A program made the translations under genes and the position numbers. From positions 1,270 to 65,269 of the forward strand of contig DAOTGE010000007.1 of the NCBI GenBank assembly GCA_035446965.1: a stretch of 64,000 nt of DNA. The letters are read 5' to 3'. Under the pieces are notes generated by a model. It did no database searches. It worked only from the letters and a program-made list of their open reading frames with translations, and was not told the origin of the DNA. Below, one piece after another: positions 24,957-35,800 of the stretch; the stretch's first letter is position 1; every line of letters starts with the position of its first letter. The stretch comes from Eubacteriales bacterium. GTDB taxonomy: Bacteria > Bacillota > Clostridia > Christensenellales > CAG-138.

Positions 24957-25745
24957 ATGTTTCCTTATATTACAATCGGCACGCTGACACTGCCGACATA
25001 CGGGGTTATGATTGCAAGCGGGATACTGATATCCGGTTTGCTTGCTTTTGTTCGCGTTAAAAAAGCCGGATTGTCGGTCGACGACTTTCTGATGATCGCC
25101 GCCTGCGCCATAGGCCTCGGTCTGTTTGGCGCATGGCTTACCTATGTGCTCGTGAGTTTTTCCGTTGCGGAAATCGTCGCGATCATCCGCGCCGGACAAA
25201 TCGGCCTGCTGCTGCAGGGCGGGATGGTGTTTTACGGCGGGTTTATTGGCGGCGTCCTTGGCGCGTTGCTTGGCGCGCGCATTGCCGGAGCGCCGCTGAC
25301 CGATTTTTTAAACCCGGTCGTGCCGGTGCTGCCGCTGGCGCATGCGATCGGCCGAATCGGCTGTTTCTGCGCGGGCTGCTGTTACGGCGTTCCGACGAAC
25401 AGCGCTCTGGGCGTGGTTTACACGCATCCTGTCGGCGGTGCGCCCGTCGGCGTCGCGTTGCTGCCGGTGCAGCTGTTCGAGACTGGATGCAACCTGCTGA
25501 TCTTTTTGTTTTTGATTGTTTTTACGAAAAAAACAAAGTCGAAAACGCTGGTGCTGCCGGCATATGTGATCTGTTATGGGTGCGTCCGCTTCTGCCTGGA
25601 ATATATCCGTTACGATTTCGTGCGGGGTGCGCTGCTTGGGCTGTCGACGTCCCAGTGGTTCAGCATTGGGGGCGTTCTGCTTTCGGTTGCGTATATCGTT
25701 TATCACCGGCGCCGGGAAAAGAAGCGGTCTTCAGCCTGCACGTAA
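24957..25745 (+). CDS. lgt: prolipoprotein diacylglyceryl transferase
   Basis: Start at MFPYITIGTLTLPTYG. Motifs HAIGRIGCFCAGCCYG, LPVQLFE, RYDFVRG. No obvious SD sequence. Confidence 0.85.
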   Translation: MFPYITIGTLTLPTYGVMIASGILISGLLAFVRVKKAGLSVDDFLMIAACAIGLGLFGAWLTYVLVSFSVAEIVAIIRAGQIGLLLQGGMVFYGGFIGGVLGALLGARIAGAPLTDFLNPVVPVLPLAHAIGRIGCFCAGCCYGVPTNSALGVVYTHPVGGAPVGVALLPVQLFETGCNLLIFLFLIVFTKKTKSKTLVLPAYVICYGCVRFCLEYIRYDFVRGALLGLSTSQWFSIGGVLLSVAYIVYHRRREKKRSSACT

Positions 25746-25831
25746 AACCGCAAATAACAAGAAAAAACAGCCGTCCGCGTCGAGCGGCCAACGGCTGTTT
25801 TTTTTCATGCAATCTATTGCAACGAAAGCCT

Positions 25832-27184
25832 TTACATCAGGTTGCTTAAAAGCGTCGTTGCAATGGTGAAAAAGACAAATATGGAGCAGGCGTCCGTAAT
25901 GGTGGTCAGCATCGGCGCGGCGACCACCGCCGGGTCCAGCTTGAGCTTTCTCGAGAGCATCGGCAGCAGACAGCCGAGCGATTTTGCGATGAACACCGTC
26001 GCAATCAGCGTCAGCGAAACCGCCGCCGCGATGAGCACGCAGTTGGGGTTCGAGTGATACTGTATGACGATGCGCGCAAAGTTGACGATCGAAAGCGTCA
26101 GCCCGACCATCCCGGCCACGCGGACTTCCTTCCACCAGACGCGGAATACGTCCTTGTTTTCAATTTCGTCCAGCGCCAGGCCGCGGATGACCATGGTCGA
26201 AGCCTGCGAGCCGCTGTTGCCGCCGGTGTCCATGAGCATCGGGATAAACGAGACCAGCAGCGGGATGGTTGCAATCGCCGCTTCGTAGTGTTCGAGCAGC
26301 GAGCCGTTGACCATGCCGCTGATCATGAGAATCAAAAGCCACAGGATGCGGTTTTTCGCGAGCTTCCACACCGGCGTTTTGAGATAGGTGTTTTCGCTTG
26401 GCGACATACCGGCCATGCGCTCGAAGTCTTCGGTGTTCTCTTCCTGAATGACGTCCACCGCGTCGTCGACCGTGATGATGCCGACAAGGCGTTCCTCCTT
26501 GTCCACGACCGGCAACGCGATCAGGTCGTAGTGCGAGAACATCTTTGCCACGTCCTCTTTGTCGTCGAGCGTGTGCACGAAGATGGGCGCGGTGGTCATG
26601 ATGTCGCCCACGAGTTTGTCCGGGTCGGCCAGCAGAAGTTCAAGCACGGAAACAACGCCCTCGAGCTTGCGCTCAGGGCTTGTGACATAACAGGTGTATA
26701 CCGTTTCCTTGTCGATGCCGGTGTTGCGGATGACTGTAAACGCGTTTTTGACGGTGAGCGTTTTTTTCAGGTAGACGTATTCGCAGGTCATCAGGCTTCC
26801 TGCGGAATCGTCCGGATAGTCCAGGTATTGGTTAATAAGCCTGCGGTTTTTCGTGGAGGAATTCCGCATGACCCGCTGCACGACGTTGGCGGGCATCTCT
26901 TCGACGAGATCGACATAGTCGTCGAGATACATGCCGTCCAGGATATATTTGAGTTCGGTGTCGGTGATGGCCTCGATGATGCGCTGCTGCACGTCCGCAT
27001 CGAGATAGGAAAACACCTCTGCGGCGTTATCCTTCGGAATTAAACGAAACAAACGAAGCGTCGTCTCAGGATCGGAAACTTCATCGAAAATTTCCGCGAT
27101 ATCCGCTTCGTGCATCGTCAAGAAGGTTTTTTTCACTTCCGGATAGCGTTTTTCTTCCAGAAGGGTGAGAACATGGTCGATCAT
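25832..27184 (-). CDS. mgtE: magnesium transporter MgtE
   Basis: 450 aa with an N-terminal MgtE-N domain, tandem CBS domains and a C-terminal 5-TM domain (PMLMDTGGNSGSQAS). Confidence 0.92.
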   Translation of the reverse strand: MIDHVLTLLEEKRYPEVKKTFLTMHEADIAEIFDEVSDPETTLRLFRLIPKDNAAEVFSYLDADVQQRIIEAITDTELKYILDGMYLDDYVDLVEEMPANVVQRVMRNSSTKNRRLINQYLDYPDDSAGSLMTCEYVYLKKTLTVKNAFTVIRNTGIDKETVYTCYVTSPERKLEGVVSVLELLLADPDKLVGDIMTTAPIFVHTLDDKEDVAKMFSHYDLIALPVVDKEERLVGIITVDDAVDVIQEENTEDFERMAGMSPSENTYLKTPVWKLAKNRILWLLILMISGMVNGSLLEHYEAAIATIPLLVSFIPMLMDTGGNSGSQASTMVIRGLALDEIENKDVFRVWWKEVRVAGMVGLTLSIVNFARIVIQYHSNPNCVLIAAAVSLTLIATVFIAKSLGCLLPMLSRKLKLDPAVVAAPMLTTITDACSIFVFFTIATTLLSNLM

Positions 27185-27342
27185 GCTGCACGTCCTTTCC
27201 CGGGAACGGCGGCCGATCTGCTAGCAAACGCTTACGAACGCCTTCCCGCTGTATGAAATTGTAACGGTATTGGTACTCGGGTAAGGCCCGGCGTCCATAT
27301 GTTTGGATCCCCTTTCGTTCAGAGTTTGCTTTTCGCATGCTT

Positions 27343-27371
27343 ATTGTACCAAACTGGTTTTAGGATGTAAA
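27343..27371 (-). promoter_or_regulatory. sigma-A type promoter of mgtE
   Basis: Minus strand reads TTTACA, 17 nt, TGgTACAAT. Confidence 0.6.
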
Positions 27372-27486
27372 CCTTAAAAAAAATCGGGGCAGCCGCCCGT
27401 TTGCGCCGCAGCGTTTGGGCATTGACAAAACTGCTCAAAGGCGTATTCTTTTAGTAGTCATATCAAATCCATTCAGGAGGCAAAAC

Positions 27487-28128
27487 ATGTCGGACTATTC
27501 TATTGCCGCGCTGGAAATTCTGCGCAATCCGCAACTTACGCTCAAATGGTATGTCGTGCCGCTGCTTTTGATTGTGATGTACGTTTATCACAAGGAAATC
27601 AGCGCGAAGAACTGGAACGTCGTGCTTGGCGGGGCCGCCCTGTGGGGAATGGACCTGTTCAACGAAATCTGGAACAGCATCGTCTTTCATGCGACGAACT
27701 TTGCGCCCGTGTGGGGCACGCCGGGCGGCGTTGGGGACACCGCGCTGCTGATCCTGATCGGCTACAACATTGAAATCTCGTTTATGTTCGCCATGATGGG
27801 CGTGGTCGTCTGCCTGACGCTGCCGCAGGACCCGAAAAAGAAAATCCTCGGCGTCAACAACCGCGTGTTCTACACGATTCTGTATACCACGCTCGCGGTG
27901 ATCATCGAGTGCTTCCTGAACTACTCCGGCGTGCTCACCTGGGAATATGCCTGGTGGAGCCGTTCCTGCCCGTACCTGATCTGGCTGCTCGGCTATCTGC
28001 CGTTCTTTGTGATGGCGTTTGTGGTGCACGACATGAAGAAGATGAAAAACAAGTTCATTACGCTCGGCATTATTTACGGCGTGGACGTCCTTTCGCTGGT
28101 GATATTTGGCCTGATAGGCTGGATGTAA
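27487..28128 (+). CDS. hypothetical polytopic membrane protein (213 aa)
   Basis: Start at MSDYSIAALE after AGGAGG. About 6 TM helices. I recognise no family. Confidence 0.6.
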   Translation: MSDYSIAALEILRNPQLTLKWYVVPLLLIVMYVYHKEISAKNWNVVLGGAALWGMDLFNEIWNSIVFHATNFAPVWGTPGGVGDTALLILIGYNIEISFMFAMMGVVVCLTLPQDPKKKILGVNNRVFYTILYTTLAVIIECFLNYSGVLTWEYAWWSRSCPYLIWLLGYLPFFVMAFVVHDMKKMKNKFITLGIIYGVDVLSLVIFGLIGWM

Positions 28129-28155
28129 ATGCAGCTCATAGGATTATGACCAACC

Positions 28156-28190
28156 AAAAGCTCCGCCGGATTTCCGGCGGAGCTTTTTTG
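28156..28190. terminator. bidirectional intrinsic terminator
   Basis: aaaagctccgccgg-attt-ccggcggagctttttt, with an A-tract and a T-tract on either side. Confidence 0.85.
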
Positions 28191-28275
28191 TCGATAAAAG
28201 GCGCTGCATTGGAAGATTCGCATTTAGGTCACCGTTTCGGGTTATACAGTCCTGAGGACCCATTTTCATAAGAAC

Positions 28276-28356
28276 GTTTGCGGAATTTGGAATTTCCCAA
28301 GGGACGTGTCCCTTGGGTGGGGCAGGGGTGAAATCCCTGCAAAAGGATCTTTTGCG
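28276..28356 (+). repeat. intergenic repeat family C, copy C1
   Basis: gcggaatttggaatttcccaagggacgtgtcccttgggtggggcaggggtgaaatccctgcaaaagg matches the reverse complements of 58345-58412 and 51361-51440. Confidence 0.65.
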
Positions 28357-28411
28357 TGCATGCGCAGGGATCTCCGGCGGTTTCCTTTCCAGCGGGCGGC
28401 CAGGGGAAAGA

Positions 28412-29182
28412 TCAGAGCGAAACGCCGTAGAGCCGCATCGCATTTTCGAACGTTGCGGCGGCGGCTTCCTCGCTGGAAATGCCGCGCACGCGCGCGAGGG
28501 TTTCCAGCGTGAGATGAATCAGGCCCGGGTCGTTGCGCTCGCCGCGGTGCGGCTCCGGCGTCATGTACGGGCAGTCCGTTTCGATCACGATGCGCTCGAG
28601 CGGCAGTTTTTCCGCAATCGCGCGCTGCTTGACCGCGTTTTTGAACGTGAGCGCGCCGCCGAAGGCGATGTAGAAGCCCATGTCGATATAGCGCACCGCG
28701 TCTTCGTAACTGCCGGAATAGCAGTGCAGCACGCCGCCGAGTTTGCCGCGGCGCGCGGAGAGCATCTCCATCGTGTCGCCGTGCGCCTCGCGGTCGTGGA
28801 TGATCACGGGCTTGTTCTGCGCAACCGCGATGTCCAGCTGTTCGCCGAACGCCGCTTTCTGCACGTCCCGCGGCGAAAAATCGTAGTGATAGTCAAGACC
28901 GATTTCGCCGACGGCGACGATTTTTTCGTTTTGAAGCGCACGTTCCACAAGAAGCAGGCTGTTCTTGTCCGCCGTGTCCGCGGAATGCGGGTGAATGCCC
29001 GCGCTGCCGAATACGTGGTCGTAGAGCATGACCAGCGCGGCGATTTTCGGGATGTCCGCCGCTTCGGTGCAGGCTTCGAGAAATCCCGCAACGCTCTTTT
29101 CCGGCAGGGCGGGAATCAGCGCGCCGCGGTCGTGATCGAACTGCGCGTCCAGCAGATGCGCATGTGTGTCGAATAGTTTCAT
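28412..29182 (-). CDS. TatD family metal-dependent hydrolase
   Basis: MKLFDTHAHL..., with GEIGLDYHY, VIIHDREAH, LHCYSG and ETDCPYM. Confidence 0.9.
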   Translation of the reverse strand: MKLFDTHAHLLDAQFDHDRGALIPALPEKSVAGFLEACTEAADIPKIAALVMLYDHVFGSAGIHPHSADTADKNSLLLVERALQNEKIVAVGEIGLDYHYDFSPRDVQKAAFGEQLDIAVAQNKPVIIHDREAHGDTMEMLSARRGKLGGVLHCYSGSYEDAVRYIDMGFYIAFGGALTFKNAVKQRAIAEKLPLERIVIETDCPYMTPEPHRGERNDPGLIHLTLETLARVRGISSEEAAAATFENAMRLYGVSL

Positions 29183-29204
29183 AATAAATGGTTCGTCCTT
29201 ACGT

Positions 29205-29756
29205 TCAGTTTTCGTCGACGGTCAGCGGCAAATCCATCAGGATTTCGTCGTAATACGTCCCGCGGACGTTGATGCGCCCCTTGTGCCGGCCGATCTCCCG
29301 AAAGCCGAAGCGCTTGTAGAGCGCGATGGCGCGCTCGTTGCCTTCGCGCACCTCGAGGCAGAGCGTGCGCAGATAATTCGTGCTTTTGGCAAAATCGATC
29401 ATTGCCTGCATGGCGATGCTCCCGATGCCGAGCCGCCAGTAGTCGCGCTTGACGGAGATGGCGACGCCGGCGCAATGCGAAATCCGCTTGCGCGCGGCGG
29501 CGCGCACGTCGCAGACGAGGACGATTTCGCCATCCACGACGCCGACGAACATCTTGGTGTTCGCGGCCTCCAGCGTAGCGGTAATCCATTCCCGTTCGCC
29601 TTCCAGCGTCAGCCCGTCGATGCCGTTTTCGTCGCAGAGCAGGAAGTCCGTTTCCGCGCCGACGACCTTGAGAAAGCCGAGCAGTTCCTGCGCGTCTTCC
29701 AGCGCCGGGTCGCGCAGAATCAGTTTGCGCCCGTCTTTGAGGATGTGTTCGCTCAT
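29205..29756 (-). CDS. GNAT family N-acetyltransferase
   Basis: 183 aa. Acetyl-CoA motif WRLGIGSIAM...NERAIALYKRFGF. Confidence 0.8.
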   Translation of the reverse strand: MSEHILKDGRKLILRDPALEDAQELLGFLKVVGAETDFLLCDENGIDGLTLEGEREWITATLEAANTKMFVGVVDGEIVLVCDVRAAARKRISHCAGVAISVKRDYWRLGIGSIAMQAMIDFAKSTNYLRTLCLEVREGNERAIALYKRFGFREIGRHKGRINVRGTYYDEILMDLPLTVDEN

Positions 29757-29853
29757 GCTGGGTGCGTCCCTTGCTTGTGAAAAGAAAGGACCGAAGAAAC
29801 GTCCTTTTCCGGGGCCGCGTTTTTTTGCGCGGCGTCCGGGGAGCGCTGCGAAG

Positions 29854-31839
29854 TTACCGGACTTTCAGCCCGCTGTCCATTTCGGAAAGCGTGGTCATCA
29901 CCGAGAGATGTTCGTCGCTTTCGTCCGACGCCGCAAGAATCATGCCGCGGCTTTCCACGCCGCAGAGCGTGACGGGCTTGAGGTTTGCCACCAGTACGAC
30001 CGTCTTTCCGACGAGGTCGTCCGGCGCGTACCATTTTTTGATGCCGGAAACGACCGTCCGCGTTTCGCCGCCGACGTCCAGCGTCACTTTCAGGAGCTTT
30101 TTGCTCCGCTTGATCTCCTCGCAGGCCGTTACCTTTGCCAATCGCAGGTCGAGCTTTGCAAAGTCGTCGTAGTCGATTTCCGGCAGCGGCGCGTCTTCGT
30201 CCTGTTCCGGTTCGGCCGTCGGTACGGTCTCTGCGGCGGCTTTCGCTTTTTCGGTCTGCTCGGCAAGGTAGGCGAGCTCTTTTTCCACGTCGATGCGCGG
30301 GAAGAGCGCTTCGCCCTTCTGCACGCGCGTGCCGGGGACGCTTCCGCCCCAGGCGACTGCCTCGTAGTCCGTCTTTTCGCCGGACACGCCGAGCTGATCG
30401 AACAGCTTCTGCGGCGTGGAGGTCAGAAACGGCTTGAGGAGCACGCCGATGATGCGCAGGCTCTCCGCGAGGTTGTAGAGGACGGTTTTCAGCCGTTCTT
30501 TGCCTTCTTCCGTCTTTGCGAGCAGCCAGGGCGCGGTTACGTCGATGTATTTATTGCATGCGCCGACGAGCTTCCAGATTTCGGCGAGCGCTTCGGGGAT
30601 ATGCAGTTCGTTCATCTGCGCGTCGACGCTGGCGGGCAACTCCTGCGCGAGCGCAAGCAGCGCCGCGTCCTCGTCCGCAATCGCGGCGGGTGCGGGCAGT
30701 TCGCCGCCAAAGTATTTCTCGATCATCGCGACCGTGCGGCTCAGCAGGTTGCCGAGGTCGTTTGCAAGGTCGGTGTTGATGCGGGCAATCAGCGCTTCGT
30801 TGGAGAAGTTGCCGTCCGAACCAAACGGGACTTCGCGCAGCAGGAAATAGCGGATCGCGTCCACGCCGTAACGCTCGCAGAGCGCGACGGGGTCGACCAC
30901 GTTGCCTTTGGATTTGCTCATCTTGCCGCCGTCGAGCACGAGCCAGCCGTGCCCGAACACCTGCTTGGGCAGCGGTTCGCCGAGCGCCATGAGCATGATC
31001 GGCCAGATGATGGTATGGAAGCGCACGATCTCCTTGCCGACGATGTGGATGTCCGCCGGCCAGTACCTGCGATAGAGTGAGTCGTCGTCGCTTCCCCACC
31101 CAAGCGCGGTAATATAGTTGGAAAGTGCGTCAAGCCACACATATACCACGTGTTTCTCGTCGAATGTGACGGGGATGCCCCACTTAAAGCTAGTGCGGCT
31201 GACGCAGAGGTCTTCGAGGCCGGGCAGGAGGAAATTCTGCAGCATCTCGTTCGTGCGGCTGACGGGCTGGATGAACGTCGGGTTGTCCTTGATATACTGG
31301 ATCAGCCGGTCGGCATATTTCGAGACGCGGAAGAAATAGCTTTCCTCTTCCACGAGTTCCACCGGGCCGCCGCAGTCCGGGCACACGCCGCCCGCTTCCT
31401 CAATCTGCCGGTCGAGCCAGAAACTTTCGCATGGCGTGCAGTAATGGCCGGTGTATTTCGACTTGTAGATGTCGCCCTGGTCGTAGAGCTTTTTAAAAAT
31501 CTTCTGCACGGCCTTAACGTGATATTCGTCCGTCGTGCGGATGAACTTGTCGTAGGAGATGTCCAGCAGTTTCCAGAGGCTCTTGAACCCGGAAACGATC
31601 TCGTCCACGTACTGCTGCGGGGTTACGCCCGCGGCCTTCGCCTTGCGCTCGATCTTCTGGCCGTGTTCGTCCGAACCCGTCAGGAAAAACACGTCGTAGC
31701 CGCGCTGGCGCTTATAGCGCGCAATCGCGTCTGTGGCGACGGTGCAGTACGCGTGCCCGATATGCAGGTTCGCGCTGGGGTAGTAGATGGGCGTCGTAAT
31801 ATAAAACGTCTCTTTTTCTCCGGTTTTTTTGGCTTCCAT
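29854..31839 (-). CDS. metG: methionine--tRNA ligase (with C-terminal tRNA-binding domain)
   Basis: Start at MEAKKTG after GGGAGG. Motifs PIYYPSANLHIGH (HIGH) and KMSKSKGN (KMSKS), zinc-knuckle cysteines, and a C-terminal EMAP/Trbp111-like domain. Confidence 0.93.
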   Translation of the reverse strand: MEAKKTGEKETFYITTPIYYPSANLHIGHAYCTVATDAIARYKRQRGYDVFFLTGSDEHGQKIERKAKAAGVTPQQYVDEIVSGFKSLWKLLDISYDKFIRTTDEYHVKAVQKIFKKLYDQGDIYKSKYTGHYCTPCESFWLDRQIEEAGGVCPDCGGPVELVEEESYFFRVSKYADRLIQYIKDNPTFIQPVSRTNEMLQNFLLPGLEDLCVSRTSFKWGIPVTFDEKHVVYVWLDALSNYITALGWGSDDDSLYRRYWPADIHIVGKEIVRFHTIIWPIMLMALGEPLPKQVFGHGWLVLDGGKMSKSKGNVVDPVALCERYGVDAIRYFLLREVPFGSDGNFSNEALIARINTDLANDLGNLLSRTVAMIEKYFGGELPAPAAIADEDAALLALAQELPASVDAQMNELHIPEALAEIWKLVGACNKYIDVTAPWLLAKTEEGKERLKTVLYNLAESLRIIGVLLKPFLTSTPQKLFDQLGVSGEKTDYEAVAWGGSVPGTRVQKGEALFPRIDVEKELAYLAEQTEKAKAAAETVPTAEPEQDEDAPLPEIDYDDFAKLDLRLAKVTACEEIKRSKKLLKVTLDVGGETRTVVSGIKKWYAPDDLVGKTVVLVANLKPVTLCGVESRGMILAASDESDEHLSVMTTLSEMDSGLKVR

Positions 31840-31892
31840 TTGTCGTTTCCTCCCAAAATCACAATTCGCCTGAATATTTTCCGCGTTTACTG

Positions 31893-32150
31893 GCAAATAA
31901 AACGCGCCGCCCTCTCGTAAGGACGGCGCGCACAAAACACGTCCGTTGAAAACCACCTTACTTCCCCAAAACCGCCGGGGGCATAAGTTCCCGCTGTATC
32001 GGTCGGGGTCCGCTGCGGTTCAGGCAAATGGAGCGTTCGCCGCGAGGAGCTCGGGAGCCATGTTCGGCTGCGTTGCGCCGCCGGGCTTTCACCAGTGCTC
32101 CGGCTCTCTGCATGCGCGCGTGCGGCTTACTCTTTCCGTCTTCGCTCATA
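31893..32150 (-). promoter_or_regulatory. T-box leader, Met (AUG) specifier, with terminator/antiterminator
   Basis: Minus strand has stem I elements CAGAGAGCC...CUGGUGAAAGCC, specifier loop GAACAUGGC (AUG at 32061-32059), the T-box-like AAGUAAGGUGGUUUUCAACGG, and then the terminator gcgcgccgtcc-ttacgaga-gggcggcgcg followed by UUUUAUUU (31893-31931). Confidence 0.75.
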
Positions 32151-32161
32151 TTCGTTTACTG

Positions 32162-32191
32162 AGCATATCACGCGCTCAAGCTTGTTGTCAA
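32162..32191 (-). promoter_or_regulatory. candidate promoter of the metG T-box leader
   Basis: Minus strand reads TTGACA, 18 nt, TATGCT. It overlaps a divergent plus-strand TTGTCA-17-TAAGAT that could serve pth. Confidence 0.45.
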
Positions 32192-32244
32192 GAGAGGCGA
32201 ATCATGCTAAGATAAACTGGATTTGTATTGGAGGACGGAACGAA

Positions 32245-32835
32245 ATGCACATTGTTGCCGGGCTTGGAAATCCGGGACTGACCTACCGGCGTTCGCGCCA
32301 CAACGCGGGGTTTCAGGCGCTGGACGCGCTGGCCGAGCGGCTCAACATCCGCGTTAAAAAGCGCGGATTTTCCGGCGTGTACGGCGAAGGATCGTTGCAT
32401 GGCGAACGGGTCGTATTGATTAAGCCGACGACGTATATGAACCTTTCGGGCGATTGCGTGCAGCAGGTGCTGCACTTTTTCAAGTGCCCGGTGGAAAACC
32501 TGATCGTCCTGTTCGACGACATCGAACTACCGGTCGGCGCGCTGCGCATCCGCGAAAGAGGGAGCGCCGGCACACATAACGGCATGCGCTCCGTGGTCGC
32601 CTGCGTGGGCAGCGAAAACTTCCCGCGCGTGCGCATCGGCGTGGGCGACCGCAGCGGCGGGGAACTCAAGGACTTTGTGCTCGGCAAACCCAGCAAGGCC
32701 GAACAGGCCGTTTTGAAGGAAACGTTTGAAAGCGCCGCGGACGCCTGCGTTTCGATTATAGAAGGAAAAATCTCCGACGCGCAGGCGAAATACAACAAAC
32801 GCCATATCGGCGGAACGTCGGGTGCGCGCGACTAG
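32245..32835 (+). CDS. pth: peptidyl-tRNA hydrolase
   Basis: MHIVAGLGNPG...RHNAGF...YMNLSG...GSAGTHNGMRS. RBS is GGAGGA. Confidence 0.93.
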   Translation: MHIVAGLGNPGLTYRRSRHNAGFQALDALAERLNIRVKKRGFSGVYGEGSLHGERVVLIKPTTYMNLSGDCVQQVLHFFKCPVENLIVLFDDIELPVGALRIRERGSAGTHNGMRSVVACVGSENFPRVRIGVGDRSGGELKDFVLGKPSKAEQAVLKETFESAADACVSIIEGKISDAQAKYNKRHIGGTSGARD

Positions 32836-32858
32836 TCCGCATAAATTGAGGGGGTAGT

Positions 32859-35800
32859 TTGACACAACAACCGAATAACAATCCGATACTGGATGTTTTG
32901 GATACCGCAGCGGACTTCAGGCGCTTTTCCGGCGCGCTGGAGGGGGGCAAAGGCCCGGCTGCGGCGTTCGGCGTTGCCGCAAACGCAAAGGCGCATCTGG
33001 CCGCCGCGCTTTCGCGCACGCGGCAGGTGCTGTTTGTAACCGCAACGGACGTGACCGCCGCGCAGCTGCACGAGGCGGCCGGCCTTTTCGGCGCGCAGGC
33101 CGAGCTGTTTTTGCCGCGCGAAACGCCGCTGGTCTATGTGCACGCCGTCTCCGGCGAACAGCGCTCCGAGCGGATATCCGCGCTCTGCGCGCTCGCAGCG
33201 GGCGAAACCTGCGTCGTCTGCGCAAGCGCGGCTTCGCTGATGCAGGTGCTCGCGCCGAAACAGGCGTTTTGCGAAAGCATCTTTTCGCTGTCCGTCGGCG
33301 ACTCGCTCGAACCGAGGACGCTGACCGAACGGCTCGTCGTCGCCGGATACGAACGTGTGGAGATGGTTGAAGGGCGCGGGCAGATTGCCGCGCGCGGCGA
33401 CCTCGTGGACGTGTACGTCCCCGGCGGGGAATACCCCGTGCGCATCGAGTTTTTCGGCGATGAGATCGACCAGATGCGCTTTTTCGATCCCGTGACGCAG
33501 CGCAGCGTGGAGCAGGCGCCTTCGGTGCAGCTTCGTCCCGCGCTGGAAACGCCGCAGCCGAAGGAGCGCACCGCAAAAGCGCTCAAAAAGATCGCCGGGC
33601 GGGTCGGGCTGATGGATCAGGAACAGGCCTGGTCGGAAGGCGTCGCCAGCGTCGGCGGGGACGTGCTGCTGCCGCTGCTGTATGAAAAATGTGAAACGGT
33701 GTTCGATTATCTTGCGCCGGACGCGGTCATCGTCGTCGACGAAGCGCTGCTTGTCGACGAGGCGCTGCGCACCGAGCAGATGCGCTTCCACGAAACCGTA
33801 CAGGCGATGCTCGAGCGCGAAGAGGGCGTTGCCGCGCAGGGCGCGCTGGAGCGCAGCGCGAACGAAACGCTCGATCGTCTGCATACGCCGCGCACGGCGC
33901 TGCTTTATGCGCTCTCGCGCACGCATCCGCAGTTTACGGCAAAGGAAGTCGTCACGCTGGAGTCGCGCGGTGCGCCGCAGTATATGGGAGCGATGGACGA
34001 ACTGGCGCGCGAACTGGCCCGCCTGAACGGCGCGGGCGAGCGCACGGTGATCTGCGCCGGCGAACAGGCGCGCGAACTGCAGGCAAACCTTGCCGAATAC
34101 GGCGCGCAAACGGCGCTGACGGAGCAAATGCCGCACGAATTTCCAGCAGGGAAAACGCTGATCGTTCCGGAGCGCCTTGCACGGGGATTTTCCTATCCTG
34201 CGCTGCGTTTCAACGTATTCACGGAGTACGAAGTCAGCGGCAGGACGGAGCGCACGGTCCGCCGCGCACGCTCCAAAAAACACCTGTCGTTTTCCGAACT
34301 GAACGTCGGCGATTACATCGTGCATGAAGCGCACGGCATCGGCCGGTTCGTTAAAGTCGAGGCGCTGACGGTGCAGGGCAACACCCGCGACTACCTTTTA
34401 ATTGAATACCGCGGCGCAGACCGGCTGTATATTCCGACCGATCAGCTCGACCGCGTGCAGAAATACGTCGGCGGCGGGGATGAAGACACAGCGCCTCCGC
34501 TGAGCAAGCTTGGCGGTGCGGACTGGGCGAACCGCGTCAGCCGCGCAAAGAGCGCGGCGAAAAAACTCGCGGTCGACCTCGCGGCGCTCTATGCAGAGCG
34601 CGCGGGCGCGAAGGGATTTGCGTTTTCCAAGGACACCGCATGGCAGCGGACGTTTGAGGAGCGCTTCCCGTACGAACTTACGCCCGACCAGAAGCAGAGC
34701 CTGGATGAAATCAAGGCGGACATGGAAAGCCTGCGGCCGATGGACCGTCTGCTCTGCGGAGACGTCGGGTACGGCAAGACCGAGGTGGCGCTGCGCGCAT
34801 GCTTTAAATGCGTGCAGGACGGCAAGCAGGCGGCCATCCTTGTGCCGACCACGATTCTGGCGCAGCAGCACTACAACACCATGCGTTCGCGCTTTGCGGA
34901 TTTCCCGGTCAAAGCCGCGTGCCTTTCCCGGTTTCAGTCCATGAAGGAGCGCAAGGAGATCAAGCGTGCGCTGGCGGAAGGGACCATCGACGTGATCGTC
35001 GGCACGCACGCACTGCTGGCAAAGGACGTAACGTTCAAGGCGCTCGGCCTGCTGATCATCGACGAGGAACACCGCTTCGGCGTGAATCACAAAGAGCAGA
35101 TCAAAGCGTATAAAAAGACCGTGGACGTGCTGACGCTCACCGCAACCCCGATTCCGCGCACGCTGAACATGTCCATGACGGGCGTGCGGGACATCAGCGT
35201 GATTGAAACGCCGCCGGAGGCGCGCTACCCCGTCCAAACCTACGTGCTCGAATACACGGACGCGCTGATCAAGGACGCGGCCGGGCGGGAACTCGCCCGC
35301 AAGGGGCAGGTGTTCGTCGTCTACAACCGCGTGCAGAACATGGAATCCATGGCGCGCAGGCTCGAAACGCTCCTGCCGGAGGCGCGCATTACGATTGCGC
35401 ACGGGCAGATGGGCGAAACGCAGCTGGAAGCGGCCATGCTGGAGTTTCTGGAGCACCGTTCGGACGTGCTGCTTTGCTCCACCATCGTCGAAAGCGGGCT
35501 GGACATCCCGAACGTCAACACGCTGATCGTCATCGACGCGGACCGAATGGGGCTTGCGCAGCTCTATCAGCTCCGCGGGCGCGTCGGCCGCTCCAGCCGG
35601 ATCGGATACGCATATTTCACCGTGCAGGCAGGCCGCACTATGAACGAAAAGGCGGCCAAACGCCTGATGGCGATCCGGGAATTCACGCAGTTCGGCGCGG
35701 GCTTTCAGCTCGCCATGCGGGACCTGGAAATCCGCGGGGCTGGCTCGCTGCTTGGCGCGGAGCAGCACGGGCATATCTCCGACGTCGGATACGAATATTA

